The notes beneath the pieces are model-generated. The model saw nothing but the letters and a program-made list of their open reading frames with translations. It was not told the DNA's origin and searched no databases. The translations under genes and the position numbers were made by a program. Positions 63,786 through 64,000 of a stretch of 64,000 nt of DNA are shown in pieces. The DNA is taken from contig NC_043014.1 of NCBI RefSeq assembly GCF_006345805.1, positions 15,438,001 to 15,502,000 on the forward strand, written 5' to 3'. Position 1 is the stretch's first letter; each line of letters opens with the position of its first letter. This stretch comes from Octopus sinensis. Its lineage: Eukaryota.

Positions 63786-64000
63786 ACACAGAATAAATAG
63801 AAACATTTCATTTAGGTTCATTTCATTCTGATGTGTTCATTGTTTGTAAATTCTACATCATGACGGCATGCTAACATTGAGAGAGAGTTTCTCATCGCTA
63901 AGTTAAAAATAACTGGATTTGCAAAGCTCAACAGGTACAAGCATCCTTCCTCCTTTACCTTCTCTCTCTCTCTCACACACACACACACACTTTATCTTCT

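Overview
AT-rich, repeat-saturated metazoan non-coding DNA. The SINE repertoire, as I recall it, points to an Octopus genome; this is inference, with no database search run. No complete or recognisable host protein-coding gene is present, and nearly all ORFs in the track are translations of microsatellites or SINEs. The window contains: about 25 copies of a ~400-bp tRNA-derived SINE with an internal (TA)/(TG) tract (family A, my label); about 20 copies of a second tRNA-headed SINE with a (TAA)n tail (B); several smaller SINE families (C-F); three R4/Dong-type restriction-like-endonuclease LINE fragments; RTE and CR1-like LINE remnants; mariner, maT-like and Tc1 remnants; several MITEs, including a three-copy GGATC-TIR family with 8-bp TSDs; one non-autonomous Helitron; long microsatellites; and one 100-N gap. 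The most notable signal is a set of short elements embedded in or next to microsatellites that carry minimal type I hammerhead-ribozyme folds with palindromic helix III, the form known from Penelope-like elements. One has a compensatory G3:C8 core swap (27911-27960). Some also form fold-back inversions, including a 233-bp arm pair with a single mismatch (49738-50231). A few well-formed but unproven splice-signal pairs, such as a 36-nt exon at 19474-19509, hint that the window is intronic or UTR sequence of a minus-strand gene. SINE boundaries are approximate (about +/-15 bp).
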